DNA of 64,000 nucleotides. Source: Syntrophorhabdaceae bacterium (GTDB lineage Bacteria; Desulfobacterota; Syntrophorhabdia; Syntrophorhabdales; Syntrophorhabdaceae). Each line of letters starts with the position of its first letter. The stretch's first letter is position 1. Of the stretch, positions 9,513 to 19,989 are shown one piece after another. A model generated the notes under the pieces. It made no database searches, had not been told where the DNA came from, and worked only from the letters and a program-made list of their open reading frames with translations. The stretch spans positions 160,001 through 224,000 of the forward strand of contig CAXXUO010000002.1 in the NCBI GenBank assembly GCA_963666485.2, given 5' to 3'. Made by a program: the position numbers and the translations under genes.

Positions 9513-10853
9513 ATGCAGATATTTATAACCCTCATTGAAAGCATGGCGGTCATCATCGTTATCGCCTACCTGGTGACGCGAAGCAGGTTCTATTCCGATG
9601 TCATGTCCGGCACTATCTCCACCATGAACCGCCTGTACCTTATCCTCATTTTCGGCGGGTTTTCGATCTACGGGACATTGAGCGGATTCAAGGTCATGGG
9701 GGCGATCGCCAACATACGGGACCTCGGGCCCGCCATTGCGGGCCTCATCGCAGGGCCCGTCGTCGGTTTAGGCGCCGGGCTCATAGGCGGAATACACAGG
9801 TATTTTCAGGGTGGGTTCACATGCGAGCCCTGCTCGATATCCACGGTCGTGGCGGGTCTTGCAGGCGGGATCGTGTATACCTTGAGAAAAGGCAGACCGG
9901 CAAGCATACCCTTAAGGGTCCTGTTCATGGTCGCGGTCGAGGCTTTTCACATGGGGCTGACCCTGCTCTTGAGCCGTCCGTTCGATGAGGCCCTCGCCCT
10001 CGTGAAACAGATCAGCGTCCCCATGATCGTGGCGAACGGCGCCGGAATAGGCATTTACACCTTCATCATCAAGAATCTTATCAGGGAACGCTCGGTAGAG
10101 GCTGCAAAGCAGGTGATAGAAGGCGAGCTCAAGGCGGCGCGGGAGATACAGATGGGAATTGTGCCTAGGATGTTCCCTCCCTTCCCCGACCGGAAAGAAT
10201 TTGACATCAATGCCGTTCTCGTACCGGCGAAAGAAGTGGGCGGCGATTTTTACGATTTCTTTTTCATCGATGACGATCGCCTGTTCTTTACGATCGGCGA
10301 TGTTTCGGGCAAAGGCGTTCCGGGATCCCTCTTCATGGCCGTCACGATAACATTGCTGCGGTCTACCGCCATGCAGGGGAAGAAGGCGGGTGAAATGCTG
10401 GAAAGCGTGAATAGCTCGTTGTCACGGGAGAACGCAACGAACATGTTTGTCACCGTTTTCTGCGGGGTCATGAACATACGGACCGGTTTCGTGGAATATG
10501 CGAACGCCGGGCATAATCCTCCCTTCGTCATCCGTAAGGATGGCAGTATCGATATGCTTTCCGGCAACGGGGCCCTCGTGCTTGCCGCTATGGAGAATAC
10601 CCCGTACGAGACAATGGCGGTCGCCCTGTCTCCGGGGGACATGATCTTTCATTACACGGATGGCGTTACAGAGGCAATGGACACGAAAGGCAACTTCTTT
10701 GGCGATGAAAAGCTTGCGGACGCCCTGAAGAAGACGCAGGGGATGCCCGCCGACGATGCCGTAGCCGCAATCCTCTCGGAGATACATGCGTTTGTATCCG
10801 GGGCCGAACAGTCCGACGACATAACCATGCTGGCCATACGGTACGCCGGCTGA
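9513..10853 (+). CDS. LytS-type 5TM (5TM-5TMR_LYT) sensor fused to a PP2C/SpoIIE (RsbU-like) phosphatase
   Basis: ANIRDLG..GG.HR 5TM motif; EVGGDFYD, GDVSGKG, NAGHNPP, YTDGVTEA, DDIT; GGAG RBS before ATG 9513. Confidence 0.9.
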   Translation: MQIFITLIESMAVIIVIAYLVTRSRFYSDVMSGTISTMNRLYLILIFGGFSIYGTLSGFKVMGAIANIRDLGPAIAGLIAGPVVGLGAGLIGGIHRYFQGGFTCEPCSISTVVAGLAGGIVYTLRKGRPASIPLRVLFMVAVEAFHMGLTLLLSRPFDEALALVKQISVPMIVANGAGIGIYTFIIKNLIRERSVEAAKQVIEGELKAAREIQMGIVPRMFPPFPDRKEFDINAVLVPAKEVGGDFYDFFFIDDDRLFFTIGDVSGKGVPGSLFMAVTITLLRSTAMQGKKAGEMLESVNSSLSRENATNMFVTVFCGVMNIRTGFVEYANAGHNPPFVIRKDGSIDMLSGNGALVLAAMENTPYETMAVALSPGDMIFHYTDGVTEAMDTKGNFFGDEKLADALKKTQGMPADDAVAAILSEIHAFVSGAEQSDDITMLAIRYAG

Positions 10854-10856
10854 GCA

Positions 10857-11798
10857 CTACTTCTCTATCTTTACCCGCATATTCGGCTTGCGCGTGAACC
10901 GCGTTGCGAACCAGGCGCCGATCAGGCCTCCGCCCAGGGAAAAGAGGGTATCTTCCCCTATGTCCACGAGGATCTGCGGTATGTTCGCCGCAAACACCGC
11001 CCATCTAACCGTAAGGCCCACTTTGATGGCATGCTGGTGCGTGTAATACCCGGCAGTGAAGATGAGCCCGAGAAGGACCGAGACAACGGTGAACAGGCCG
11101 CTGATGACCTGTATCGGCAAGCCGACCCTGCCGGCCGCTTTCCGGACACAAAAACCGATCCCGATACCAATGCCTATGGCCACGGCCCAGAGCATCCTGC
11201 CCGTCAGTATGATGATCCCGCCGTAGGCGAGGGCCCCTATGATCGCCGTAACGGCCGCGACCAGGATCGCCAGGGGCACATTCATGGGAAGCTTTTCATA
11301 AAGTGCCTCCTGCTCGACGGCCTCCTGTTCGAGCCTCTCTATGCAGCCCGCGCAAATACGGTCCACCATGCCGTTGGCGAGAAGCGGCTGATCGACCGTG
11401 GTCCTGGCGCAAACGCGGCATACGAGGCCCGGGGGCGGGGCTATGCTCTTCAGGGAGTGAATGATCGCCTCCATGCTGCCCGTGAATTTCTCTACCTTCG
11501 GGAACCCCGTGATCCCCCTGACGTTGTTGAATATGACCATGCCGTCGGCGACCTCGATGGTCTTCGCCTTGATCCCTGCCTGCACCACCTCGGGCATCCC
11601 CGGCAGGGTTTCTTTGACCGTTCCATCCATGGCGGCATCGTCATAGCGCACAATGCCGCTCAGGATCGTATTGTTGCCCTTGGTACGGATGAGGACCTGG
11701 ACCGGGTAATCGTCTTTCATCCCTATCGCCGTCTTCTGATCGTGATGAAAGGTCAAACCGAGTGATGCGCCTGCTTCTTCTATGATCTTGTTGGCCAC
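10857..11798 (-). CDS. Hypothetical membrane protein with a CxxC...CxxC motif and about 4 C-terminal TMs
   Basis: CRVC...CAGC followed by a hydrophobic C-terminus; RBS before GTG. Confidence 0.7.
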   Translation of the reverse strand: MANKIIEEAGASLGLTFHHDQKTAIGMKDDYPVQVLIRTKGNNTILSGIVRYDDAAMDGTVKETLPGMPEVVQAGIKAKTIEVADGMVIFNNVRGITGFPKVEKFTGSMEAIIHSLKSIAPPPGLVCRVCARTTVDQPLLANGMVDRICAGCIERLEQEAVEQEALYEKLPMNVPLAILVAAVTAIIGALAYGGIIILTGRMLWAVAIGIGIGIGFCVRKAAGRVGLPIQVISGLFTVVSVLLGLIFTAGYYTHQHAIKVGLTVRWAVFAANIPQILVDIGEDTLFSLGGGLIGAWFATRFTRKPNMRVKIEK

Positions 11799-11835
11799 AA
11801 CAACCCCCTTTACACATTATCTCCCGCCTTTCGGC

Positions 11836-13668
11836 CTATTTGACACCTGCCGGGGCGGGGGTTTCGTTCTGCTTCAGCATGATCGCTATATCGCCCAGGC
11901 TTCGCGTCGGGCTGTCAGCGGCGATCTTGATGACCCCCGGGGCGTTCTCAACGCTGAAGGTAACACCGGGCGGCGCCTTCAAGGGGACCTGCTCCTTCTC
12001 TGTCATCACCGCGAGAACATATTCCCCCTTGCCCATATCCTTGAACTCGAACCGGCCCGCCTCGTCCGTTGTCTTCCCATCGACGGGAAAGCCGCCATAG
12101 TACTGGGGGTCGATCTGCGTCATCTTCGGCCTGTACGTGAAGAGTGCGACCTTTGTCCCCGCAAGCGGCGCCCCGTTCAGCTTCAAGACCCCCGTTACCG
12201 ATGTTCCCGCGACGACGGGCTCGTTCAGGAAGGCGGCTTTCGTGAGGTCGGCCCCCCTTACCTTTGCTTTCGTCGCCCAGGTCTTCGCCTCGTCCATCCT
12301 GCCGAAATGCATGAACGCCTCGGATATCCGTAAAGCCTGGGTCTTGCCGATGTACCATTTCTTTTCGTCGGCAAAAGACCTCAGGTACGTCTCGTTCTCT
12401 GCCGTGGCGGGAATGGTGGAGAGGCGCCTCAGGAGAAACAGGCGTGGCAGCAGCTGGAATTCGGCATTCCTGAACATCTGCCCGGTCCCTTTTTCCATGT
12501 CCCAGAGTTTGACGTACCCCTTCATAATGGCATCCCGGCCGGCATGGAGGTAGAGGGAGCCGTCCTTGCGGAGCGCGACGTAGTCCTCTATCTTCTTGAT
12601 GTTTCCCGGGGTGAGCGCGTACGTGTTGTTGTATACCAGAAGGCTGCTGCCCGCGGCCTCCATGCGCCACTCCTGGACTGCCGGCTTGTCGGGGATAAAG
12701 AGCACCATGGTCTTTACCGCGGTCCCTTTCTCGGGTATCCCCACCGCCTCGGCGAGGTTCTTCTTCTTGAAGTCGTACCGGGCGGCGGCATCGTTATATG
12801 TACTGCCGACGATGCCGGTATAGGCCGCAAGGAGGATAAGCGGGAGGATGAGCCTCAGGAGGCGCACCTTCACCGTCAACCGCCTCGCCGAAAGCACCGT
12901 GACAAACCCGGCAATAATGGCGAACGAAAGCCCCAGCATTACCATGACGGCCCTCGCGAAGAGCTGCCAGCCAAGGAGGCTCGGTTCAGCGGACTTGCCC
13001 AGCACTTCCGTTATAAGCAGGAAATACTTGTCGAAACACCAGTTGTAGAGCAGGAGCATACAATACGTGATGGCTCCGCAGGCGGCCCCCATGAGAAAGC
13101 TCGCCGCAACCTTCGGCCATGCAGACGCGAAATCGTCCTTGTCGCCCGGGCGCCAGGACGTAAGATCGCCCGCCCACCCCATCTCGCCGACAAGGAGCCA
13201 GAGAATACCGGATATGGCGCTCATGAGGATCCCGTAGAGCAGAAGGGACTCCGGCATGGGGGAAGGAAAGACCCCCGAAAAGATGGCGAGCGGCGTCCGT
13301 GCCGCGGCCACGATAAAAAGGAAGGCCAGGACCATGCCCCCCAGTCCGGCAATGATGGCTTTTACTTTTTTGACACCCGGCTTCAGGAGAGAACGGAAGT
13401 TAGGGTTCAGTTCAAAAAGAACAAGGAAATAACCAATGAGGGCAAATCCAAGGATCACCCAGATCGTCACCTGAGCGTTGGCCCCCAAAAACCCGAGGAA
13501 GCCTGTCGCCATGGCCTCGAAGTCGGCCTTCTCCTTCATTGTCAGAAGCATGTCGACGTAGCTCGGTCTCGCAATGGCGTTGAGGACGGCGACGATGCCG
13601 ATGGCGGAAGCAACCCCGAATATCCCCATCACGATGACAAGGATCAGGCCTCTTATGAAGTCTTTCAT
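11836..13668 (-). CDS. Polytopic membrane protein with a C-terminal carboxypeptidase-regulatory-like (prealbumin-fold) domain
   Basis: About 8 TMs; GVLKLNGAPLAG...TTDEAGRFEFKDMGKGEY motif; GGGGAG RBS at start 13668. Confidence 0.7.
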   Translation of the reverse strand: MKDFIRGLILVIVMGIFGVASAIGIVAVLNAIARPSYVDMLLTMKEKADFEAMATGFLGFLGANAQVTIWVILGFALIGYFLVLFELNPNFRSLLKPGVKKVKAIIAGLGGMVLAFLFIVAAARTPLAIFSGVFPSPMPESLLLYGILMSAISGILWLLVGEMGWAGDLTSWRPGDKDDFASAWPKVAASFLMGAACGAITYCMLLLYNWCFDKYFLLITEVLGKSAEPSLLGWQLFARAVMVMLGLSFAIIAGFVTVLSARRLTVKVRLLRLILPLILLAAYTGIVGSTYNDAAARYDFKKKNLAEAVGIPEKGTAVKTMVLFIPDKPAVQEWRMEAAGSSLLVYNNTYALTPGNIKKIEDYVALRKDGSLYLHAGRDAIMKGYVKLWDMEKGTGQMFRNAEFQLLPRLFLLRRLSTIPATAENETYLRSFADEKKWYIGKTQALRISEAFMHFGRMDEAKTWATKAKVRGADLTKAAFLNEPVVAGTSVTGVLKLNGAPLAGTKVALFTYRPKMTQIDPQYYGGFPVDGKTTDEAGRFEFKDMGKGEYVLAVMTEKEQVPLKAPPGVTFSVENAPGVIKIAADSPTRSLGDIAIMLKQNETPAPAGVK

Positions 13669-13977
13669 GAATCTCCCCCTTTTTGTCGTTACCGTGCGTT
13701 TCTTTCCATTGTCCACAAATCCTTGCATGTGTGCAATAAAAAACTGCCTGCCATCTTCTGCCCCATCCGGCCTGTGCGATCAGGCGGAAGACAAAACCCA
13801 TGATCTCGGCGCACATCTCAAATGAACGTCTAGAATTTATCCTGTTATACTGCTAGACTCAAAACAAGACCCTCTTTCAAGGGTGTACACACGCTTCAGG
13901 TGCCATTCCTCCCGGTATTCTTCTGTCACCCTCAAGGGCCATGGGACGCATCTGGAAGAACGAACCAGGAGTTACCT

Positions 13978-14802
13978 ATGAAACAGATGCCGACGATGCT
14001 TCTCTGGTTGTCTCTCGCGTTTGCAGCAGCGTCACCCCTTTTTGCCGGACCGCCCATGGGGAATGATGACGTGGTCAAGCTGGTCAGGGCGGGCATGAGT
14101 GAAGCCCTGATACTATCAAGCATCGATTCCTGCGAACCCGGGTTCGACACATCGGCGGACGCCCTCATCAAGCTCAAGAAGGCCGGGGTCAGCGACACGA
14201 TCATTCAGCGCATGCTATCAAAGAAACCCGCGTCGTCCCTCCCGCAGGCGGTCGGCGCACAAGGTTCGGTCTGCGCGCTTGCCGCACCCGAGAGCCTGCT
14301 TCCCGTGATGGACGGCCCACGCCAGGTTAATCTTTCATTCCGCGAAGCGGACATAGACGAAGATGTCAGCGCGGGCAGCACGATAGCCAACATACTCACC
14401 CTCGGCGTCGCTCCCGAAAAAGGTACCGTATCGGCACGCATTTCGGGTGCGCGGGCCTCGCATCGCATCACGTCGGGATCGCCGGTATTTCTCGACCTGG
14501 CCACCATCGAGGGCCAGTCGCCCGGTGATGTTTTCGCTCTGATCAGGTTCGATATCAAGGATGGGGACCGGACCGTGGTCATAGGCGAGGCATCTGCATC
14601 CCTCTTCGGAGGCTACAAAGGCCGTTCCAAGTTCAAGGACGGCACGGAGATTTCCCTGAAGCTCGAAAAGAAACAGAGCAACTGCAGGTACAAAGACCAG
14701 ACGATAAACATTTACAGCGGTACGCCGGAGACGCCGCTCAGGCCGGGCGAATATGCCCTCATCTACGGCGAGATACTCTACGACTTCGGCGTGGGGCCTT
14801 GA
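13978..14802 (+). CDS. Secreted hypothetical protein
   Basis: Signal peptide; small helical N-domain MGNDDVVKLVRAGMSE...LKKAGVSD; AGGAG RBS. Confidence 0.7.
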   Translation: MKQMPTMLLWLSLAFAAASPLFAGPPMGNDDVVKLVRAGMSEALILSSIDSCEPGFDTSADALIKLKKAGVSDTIIQRMLSKKPASSLPQAVGAQGSVCALAAPESLLPVMDGPRQVNLSFREADIDEDVSAGSTIANILTLGVAPEKGTVSARISGARASHRITSGSPVFLDLATIEGQSPGDVFALIRFDIKDGDRTVVIGEASASLFGGYKGRSKFKDGTEISLKLEKKQSNCRYKDQTINIYSGTPETPLRPGEYALIYGEILYDFGVGP

Positions 14803-14986
14803 TATGCGCATCGGGAGACATTAAAACGAAAGAAGGAAGGGATCACCTTTGACGAACGAAGCTGCGTCGCGGTAGTGAAGACCATGGATTTTGCCATGCC
14901 TCTGACATGCGAGACGGCCGGAAACTGTCCGCGGTCCGCAAAGTAGATATTCCTGTGGATGAAGATACGCGTAAGGAGACACTTCT

Positions 14987-16312
14987 ATGAGACGCCCCGA
15001 CATTAAAATGATACTCCCGGGCCCTGAGGCCTCAAAGCTCATCGAGATCGACTCGGCCCATGTATCGCCTTCGTACACGAGGGTCTACCCCCTGGTGGCG
15101 CAGAAGGGCGAAGGGCTCTGGATCGAGGATGTCGACGGGAACACCTTTCTCGACTTCACGGCGGGCATTGCGGTCTGCGCCACCGGGCACTGCCACCCCC
15201 GCGTGGTGGAAGCTATCAAGGAACAGGCAGACCGCCTGCTTCACATGTCCGGGACGGATTTCTATTACACGCCGCAGGTCAGGCTGGCCGAGAAGCTTGG
15301 TGCGGTCATCCCGGGGAGCACGGCAAAGAAGGTCTATTTCGGCAACTCAGGGGCCGAGGCGGTCGAGGCGGCATTCAAGCTCGCCAGGTGGCACACGCGC
15401 AGGGAGCTGAACATAGCGTTTTTCGGCGCCTTTCACGGACGGACGATGGGCGCCCTTTCGCTGACCGCGAGCAAGAGCCAGCAGAAAAAACACTACCATC
15501 CGTTTGTCCCCGGCATCACTCACATCCCGTATGCCTATTGCTACCGCTGTCCGTACGGAGGGTGTTACCCGAAGTGCGGGATCGAGTGCGTGCACTGGAT
15601 CGAGGACACGCTCTTCCACACCAGCATGTCACCGGAAGAAGTGGCTGCCGTTTTCGTCGAGCCGATACAGGGAGAAGGAGGTTACATCGTTCCGCCTCCC
15701 GAGTTCCACCGGGAGCTTCGCCGCATCACCGCGAAATGGGGGATCCTCTATGTGGCCGACGAGGTACAGTCAGGAATGGGCAGGACCGGGAGAATGACGG
15801 CCATGGAGCATTTCGGCGTCGAACCGGATATCATCGCCCTGGCAAAGGGTATAGCTTCGGGGCTTCCTCTCGGCGCCATGGTCGCCCCGGCCGGGATCAT
15901 GGACTGGGAAGCGGGTTCCCACGCCTCGACCTTCGGAGGCAATCCCCTGTCCTGCCAGGCGTCGCTTGCTACCATAGAACTCCTCGAAGGAGGGCTCATG
16001 GCGAATGCGGCCGTTATGGGCGAACGTCTTCTGAATGGCTTCAAAGAACTTCAAGATACATACGAATGCATCGGGGACGTTCGCGGTAAAGGGCTCATGA
16101 TCGGCGTTGAACTGGTGAAGGACCGGACGACCAGGGAGAGGGCCGGCGATTGGCGAAATGTTATAATAAAGAAGGCGTTCGAGAAGGGGCTTCTCCTTCT
16201 CGGCTGCGGCGAGAATACGCTGCGTATCTGCCCTGCCCTCACGGTATCGCAGGACGAGATCGACATGTTCCTGTCGATGCTCGCAGAGATACTCAAAGAG
16301 GTGGCGGGCTGA
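14987..16312 (+). CDS. Class III PLP omega-aminotransferase (ornithine/lysine/4-aminobutyrate type)
   Basis: FHGRT, EPIQGEGG, DEVQSGMGRTG, AKG (PLP lysine), STFGGNP. Confidence 0.92.
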   Translation: MRRPDIKMILPGPEASKLIEIDSAHVSPSYTRVYPLVAQKGEGLWIEDVDGNTFLDFTAGIAVCATGHCHPRVVEAIKEQADRLLHMSGTDFYYTPQVRLAEKLGAVIPGSTAKKVYFGNSGAEAVEAAFKLARWHTRRELNIAFFGAFHGRTMGALSLTASKSQQKKHYHPFVPGITHIPYAYCYRCPYGGCYPKCGIECVHWIEDTLFHTSMSPEEVAAVFVEPIQGEGGYIVPPPEFHRELRRITAKWGILYVADEVQSGMGRTGRMTAMEHFGVEPDIIALAKGIASGLPLGAMVAPAGIMDWEAGSHASTFGGNPLSCQASLATIELLEGGLMANAAVMGERLLNGFKELQDTYECIGDVRGKGLMIGVELVKDRTTRERAGDWRNVIIKKAFEKGLLLLGCGENTLRICPALTVSQDEIDMFLSMLAEILKEVAG

Positions 16313-16371
16313 CAACATTCGTACAGGCGGCCGACCGGGCATTTCACGATCGGCTCCGGGGAGAATAGGTC

Positions 16372-17907
16372 ATGGAGAAAATACTGGGCGACCTCGGCCT
16401 TGACGCGTCGGTAGAATTATCCGGTGCAGGGACAGGGAGCTGGCTTCGCTGCAGCGGCCCGATACTGGAGTCGGTATCCCCCATTGATGGCCGCGCAATA
16501 GGCAGGATCGCATGCGCAGGCGCGGACGACTGTGAAACGGTGATAACGCGGGCCGCGCAGGCCTTCGAAGAATGGCGGATGGTGCCCGCCCCGGCGCGGG
16601 GCGACATCGTGAGACAAATAGGCAATGCGCTCAGGGCCCGCAAGAAGGAACTCGGCGCCCTCGTGAGCCTCGAGATGGGTAAGATCAGGGCCGAGGGTGA
16701 AGGCGAGGTGCAGGAGATGATCGACATGGCCGATCTTGCAGTCGGCCAGTCGAGGATGCTCTACGGCAAGACCATGCCCAGCGAACGGCCGGGTCACCGT
16801 TTGTACGAACAGTGGCATCCTTTAGGCCCCGTGGGGGTCGTCACCGCGTTTAATTTTCCCGTCGCCGTGTGGGCGTGGAACGCGATGATCGCACTCGTTG
16901 CCGGCGACACCGTGATCTGGAAACCTTCATCGAAGACACCGCTCTGTGCCATCGCTGCCATGCAGATCGCAGGAGAGGTGCTGAAAAAGAACGCCCTGCC
17001 GGAAGGCATCCTGAACGTTATCATAGGCCCGCATGCGGCGGTGGGCAATGCGCTCATCGGGGACAAGCGCGTCCCGCTCGTCTCGGCCACGGGGAGCGTG
17101 CGGATGGGGCGCGCCGTCGGCCAGGCGGTCAAGGCCCGGCTCGGCCGGACAATACTTGAGCTCGGAGGGAACAACGCGATCATCGTCACGCCCTCCGCGG
17201 ACCTCGATCTCGCCGTGAGGGCAATCCTTTTCGGGGCCGTCGGCACGGCGGGGCAGCGCTGCACCAGCACGCGGCGCCTTATTGTCCACGCGAGCATCTA
17301 TGGCCGTCTTGCGGACCGGTTGATCGAAGCTTACAAACAGGTGCGCATCGGCAACCCCCTTGACGAAAAGACCCTCATGGGACCGCTCGTCGACCGGGAG
17401 GCGGTCGGTTCCATGCAGCTGGCCCTCAAGCGTCTCAAGGAGAAAGGCGGGGATGTCCTCTATGGCGGGGATGTCCTCTCGGGCGGCCTTTTCGATGCGG
17501 GGACATATGTCAGGCCGTGCCTCGGCCGGGCAACGCCCGATACGCCCATCGTGAAAGAGGAAACGTTCGCCCCGGTCCTGTACCTCATTGAATATGAAAC
17601 CATCGAGCAGGCGGTCCGCTACCACAATCTCGTTCCCCAGGGGCTCTCTTCGGCCATCTTTACGAATGATGTCAGGGAGGCCGAGTTTTTCCTGAGTCAG
17701 CGCGGCTCCGACTGCGGCATAGCGAACGTGAACATCGGCACCTCGGGCGCGGAGATCGGCGGTGCCTTCGGCGGGGAGAAAGAGACCGGCGGAGGCCGGG
17801 AGGCGGGCTCCGATGCCTGGAAGGCATACATGCGGCGGCAGACGTGCACGATCAACTGGTCCCGCGAGCTCCCCCTGGCGCAGGGGATCGAGTTCGACGC
17901 AGGTTAA
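16372..17907 (+). CDS. Aldehyde dehydrogenase family 7 (piperideine-6-carboxylate/aminoadipate-semialdehyde dehydrogenase-like)
   Basis: TAFNFPVAV, LELGGNNA, GTAGQRCT, GTSGAEIGGAFGGEKETGGGRE (ALDH7 signature). Confidence 0.9.
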   Translation: MEKILGDLGLDASVELSGAGTGSWLRCSGPILESVSPIDGRAIGRIACAGADDCETVITRAAQAFEEWRMVPAPARGDIVRQIGNALRARKKELGALVSLEMGKIRAEGEGEVQEMIDMADLAVGQSRMLYGKTMPSERPGHRLYEQWHPLGPVGVVTAFNFPVAVWAWNAMIALVAGDTVIWKPSSKTPLCAIAAMQIAGEVLKKNALPEGILNVIIGPHAAVGNALIGDKRVPLVSATGSVRMGRAVGQAVKARLGRTILELGGNNAIIVTPSADLDLAVRAILFGAVGTAGQRCTSTRRLIVHASIYGRLADRLIEAYKQVRIGNPLDEKTLMGPLVDREAVGSMQLALKRLKEKGGDVLYGGDVLSGGLFDAGTYVRPCLGRATPDTPIVKEETFAPVLYLIEYETIEQAVRYHNLVPQGLSSAIFTNDVREAEFFLSQRGSDCGIANVNIGTSGAEIGGAFGGEKETGGGREAGSDAWKAYMRRQTCTINWSRELPLAQGIEFDAG

Positions 17908-17923
17908 ACAAGGAGGTCTTTTC

Positions 17924-19027
17924 ATGGCATTCACCGTGCCGCCTTATAACCCGCCCGATTTCAGTTCCCCTCACCTTGCCGGCGCTCCCCTCGCGATCTT
18001 CCGCCAGGCGCCGCATGACGGGGTGGCCCCGGACGACTACCATGCCACGACGATCTTCCCGGAATACTTTCAGATGGCAAAGGGCACATGGACGCTCCCC
18101 GAGGAGTCACGTATGGACTGTGTCGTCGTCCTCGAAGCGGACGGGCAACTGTCCGTCAAGGAGTTCAGGCACCTCAAGCGGGGAGACCTCGTTGCAACCG
18201 GCAGGGGCGAGAACGGGGAAGACGGCATCTTTGTCCATGCAAACGGTTTCGACTTTCCCGGACATGCGGCGGACAAGTTCGCTTTCCGGACCGGGATAAC
18301 GCGGGAAACATCGTTCTCCATCGACTATGACAAATTGTATGATCTCCTCGAGTATGAGCGTGCAAACGGGTTCATACTGTGGGTACTCGGCCCGGCCACG
18401 GTTTTCGACCGGGATGCCCGGGAGGCCTTCACGCACCTCGTGGAACTCGGGTACGCGCAGGGCATGCTGGCGGGGAACGCGCTGGCCGTCCACGACATGG
18501 AGGCCTCTCTGTTCGGCACGGCCCTTGGACAGGAGATCTACTCGAAGCGGCCTGTCGAGCTCGGGCACTACAAGCATCTCGACACGGTCAACACGATCAG
18601 GGCCATCGGCTCGATCGGTGAGGCAATCGAGCGCGGGGTGGTAAAGGACGGTATTATCCACGCCCTCACGGAAAAAGGGGTCCCTTACGTGCTTGCCGGA
18701 TCGATCCGCGACGACGGCCCCCTGCCGGGGGTCATCGGGAACGCGTACGCGGCGCAGGACGGCATGCGCAGCCTCACCCGCCGCGCCACCACGGTCATCG
18801 CCCTCGCGACGCAGCTTCACGCGATCGCCACCGGCAACATGGTGCCATCGTACACGGTAACAGAGACAGGCGTGGTGAGGCCTGTGTACTTTTACTCCGT
18901 TGACATGTCCGAGTTCGCCGTCAGCAAGCTTGCCGACCGCGGTTCCCTCACGGCCCGTTCGATCCTGACGAACGTGCAGGATTTCATCGTAACCGTCGAG
19001 CGGGGGCTGCGCAAGAGGAACGGATAA
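17924..19027 (+). CDS. LOR/SDH (TIGR00300-like) family, probable non-canonical ornithine cyclodeaminase
   Basis: RMDCVVV, AGNALAVHD.E, LAGSIRDDGPLP, LHAIATGNM, KLADRGS; AGGAGG RBS before ATG 17924. Confidence 0.85.
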   Translation: MAFTVPPYNPPDFSSPHLAGAPLAIFRQAPHDGVAPDDYHATTIFPEYFQMAKGTWTLPEESRMDCVVVLEADGQLSVKEFRHLKRGDLVATGRGENGEDGIFVHANGFDFPGHAADKFAFRTGITRETSFSIDYDKLYDLLEYERANGFILWVLGPATVFDRDAREAFTHLVELGYAQGMLAGNALAVHDMEASLFGTALGQEIYSKRPVELGHYKHLDTVNTIRAIGSIGEAIERGVVKDGIIHALTEKGVPYVLAGSIRDDGPLPGVIGNAYAAQDGMRSLTRRATTVIALATQLHAIATGNMVPSYTVTETGVVRPVYFYSVDMSEFAVSKLADRGSLTARSILTNVQDFIVTVERGLRKRNG

Positions 19028-19048
19028 CGGCTGTCCGAGGTACATGCG

Positions 19049-19987
19049 TCACGGGATGATTTCCGTCCCCGCTTGCCCGGATATTGCCCCTTCGATCGAT
19101 TCTATAGACGTGATGACCGCCCTCTTTCCCCCGCCCGTAACGAACTGAACGGCAGCTTCTACCTTCGGGCCCATGGACCCGGGAGGGAATTGGCCGTCTT
19201 CGAGGTAGAATCCGGCATCGCCCACCGTCAGTGTCCGCAGGAAGGTCTCGCCCGGTTTCCCGAAATTGAGTGCTGCACCGGGCACATCGGTAGCGATCAG
19301 GAAAGTATCGACATCCGCTTCGCGAGCAAGCACTGCGCTCGCAAGGTCCTTGTCGATCACCGCGTCCACGCCGCAGAAGGACCTCCCCTCGCGGATGACG
19401 GGTATACCCCCGCCGCCGCAGCATATGACGATGAAGCCCATTTCGATGAGCTGCCTGATCTCCCGTTTCTCGACAATGGTAACGGGCCTCGGGGAGGCGA
19501 CGACCCTGCGCAGCCCTCTGGCCGTTTTCCTGACCGGGTAAGGAAGCTGTGACGCTCTTTCCTCCGTGTAATACGGACCGATAGGCTTGGTCGGGTCTTC
19601 GAACGCAGGGTCTTTCTCGTCAACGACCACGTAGCTGATCAGGCTCACGAGGTGCGTCTGGGCACCGGCCCCCAACTCCATGAGCTCACTATCAAGGGTC
19701 GATTCGATCATGTAGCCGATCTCGCCCTGGGTCTGCGCCACGAGGATCTCGAGCGGCATGGGCACGACCGCATCGCAGCATTCCTGCTGGAGAAGAAGAT
19801 TCCCCACCTGGGGCCCGTTCCCGTGCGTGATAATGATGCGGTAGTCACGTGAAAGGCGGGCGATCTGGCGGATGGGGACCTTGAGGTTGCGGAACTGCTC
19901 TTCGACAGTTCCCCTCTCCCCCGGCCTGATGAGGGCGTTCCCGCCCAGGGCGACGAGGAGGATCGGCTTCGCGTCATGTCCGGCCAT
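19049..19987 (-). CDS. arcC: Carbamate kinase
   Basis: ALGGNA, THGNGPQVG, PTKPIG, RRVVASP, GGGGIPV, AVIDKD, GSMGPKV. Confidence 0.95.
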   Translation of the reverse strand: MAGHDAKPILLVALGGNALIRPGERGTVEEQFRNLKVPIRQIARLSRDYRIIITHGNGPQVGNLLLQQECCDAVVPMPLEILVAQTQGEIGYMIESTLDSELMELGAGAQTHLVSLISYVVVDEKDPAFEDPTKPIGPYYTEERASQLPYPVRKTARGLRRVVASPRPVTIVEKREIRQLIEMGFIVICCGGGGIPVIREGRSFCGVDAVIDKDLASAVLAREADVDTFLIATDVPGAALNFGKPGETFLRTLTVGDAGFYLEDGQFPPGSMGPKVEAAVQFVTGGGKRAVITSIESIEGAISGQAGTEIIP

Positions 19988-19989
19988 AT

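Noticed and set aside
12544..13803. 419-aa plus-strand ORF (and similar long ORFs at 29592, 46195, 59580 and 60008)
   Set aside because: Antisense shadows of recognisable genes
13850..13975. Possible riboswitch upstream of the secreted protein
   Set aside because: Only short hairpins; no recognisable aptamer consensus
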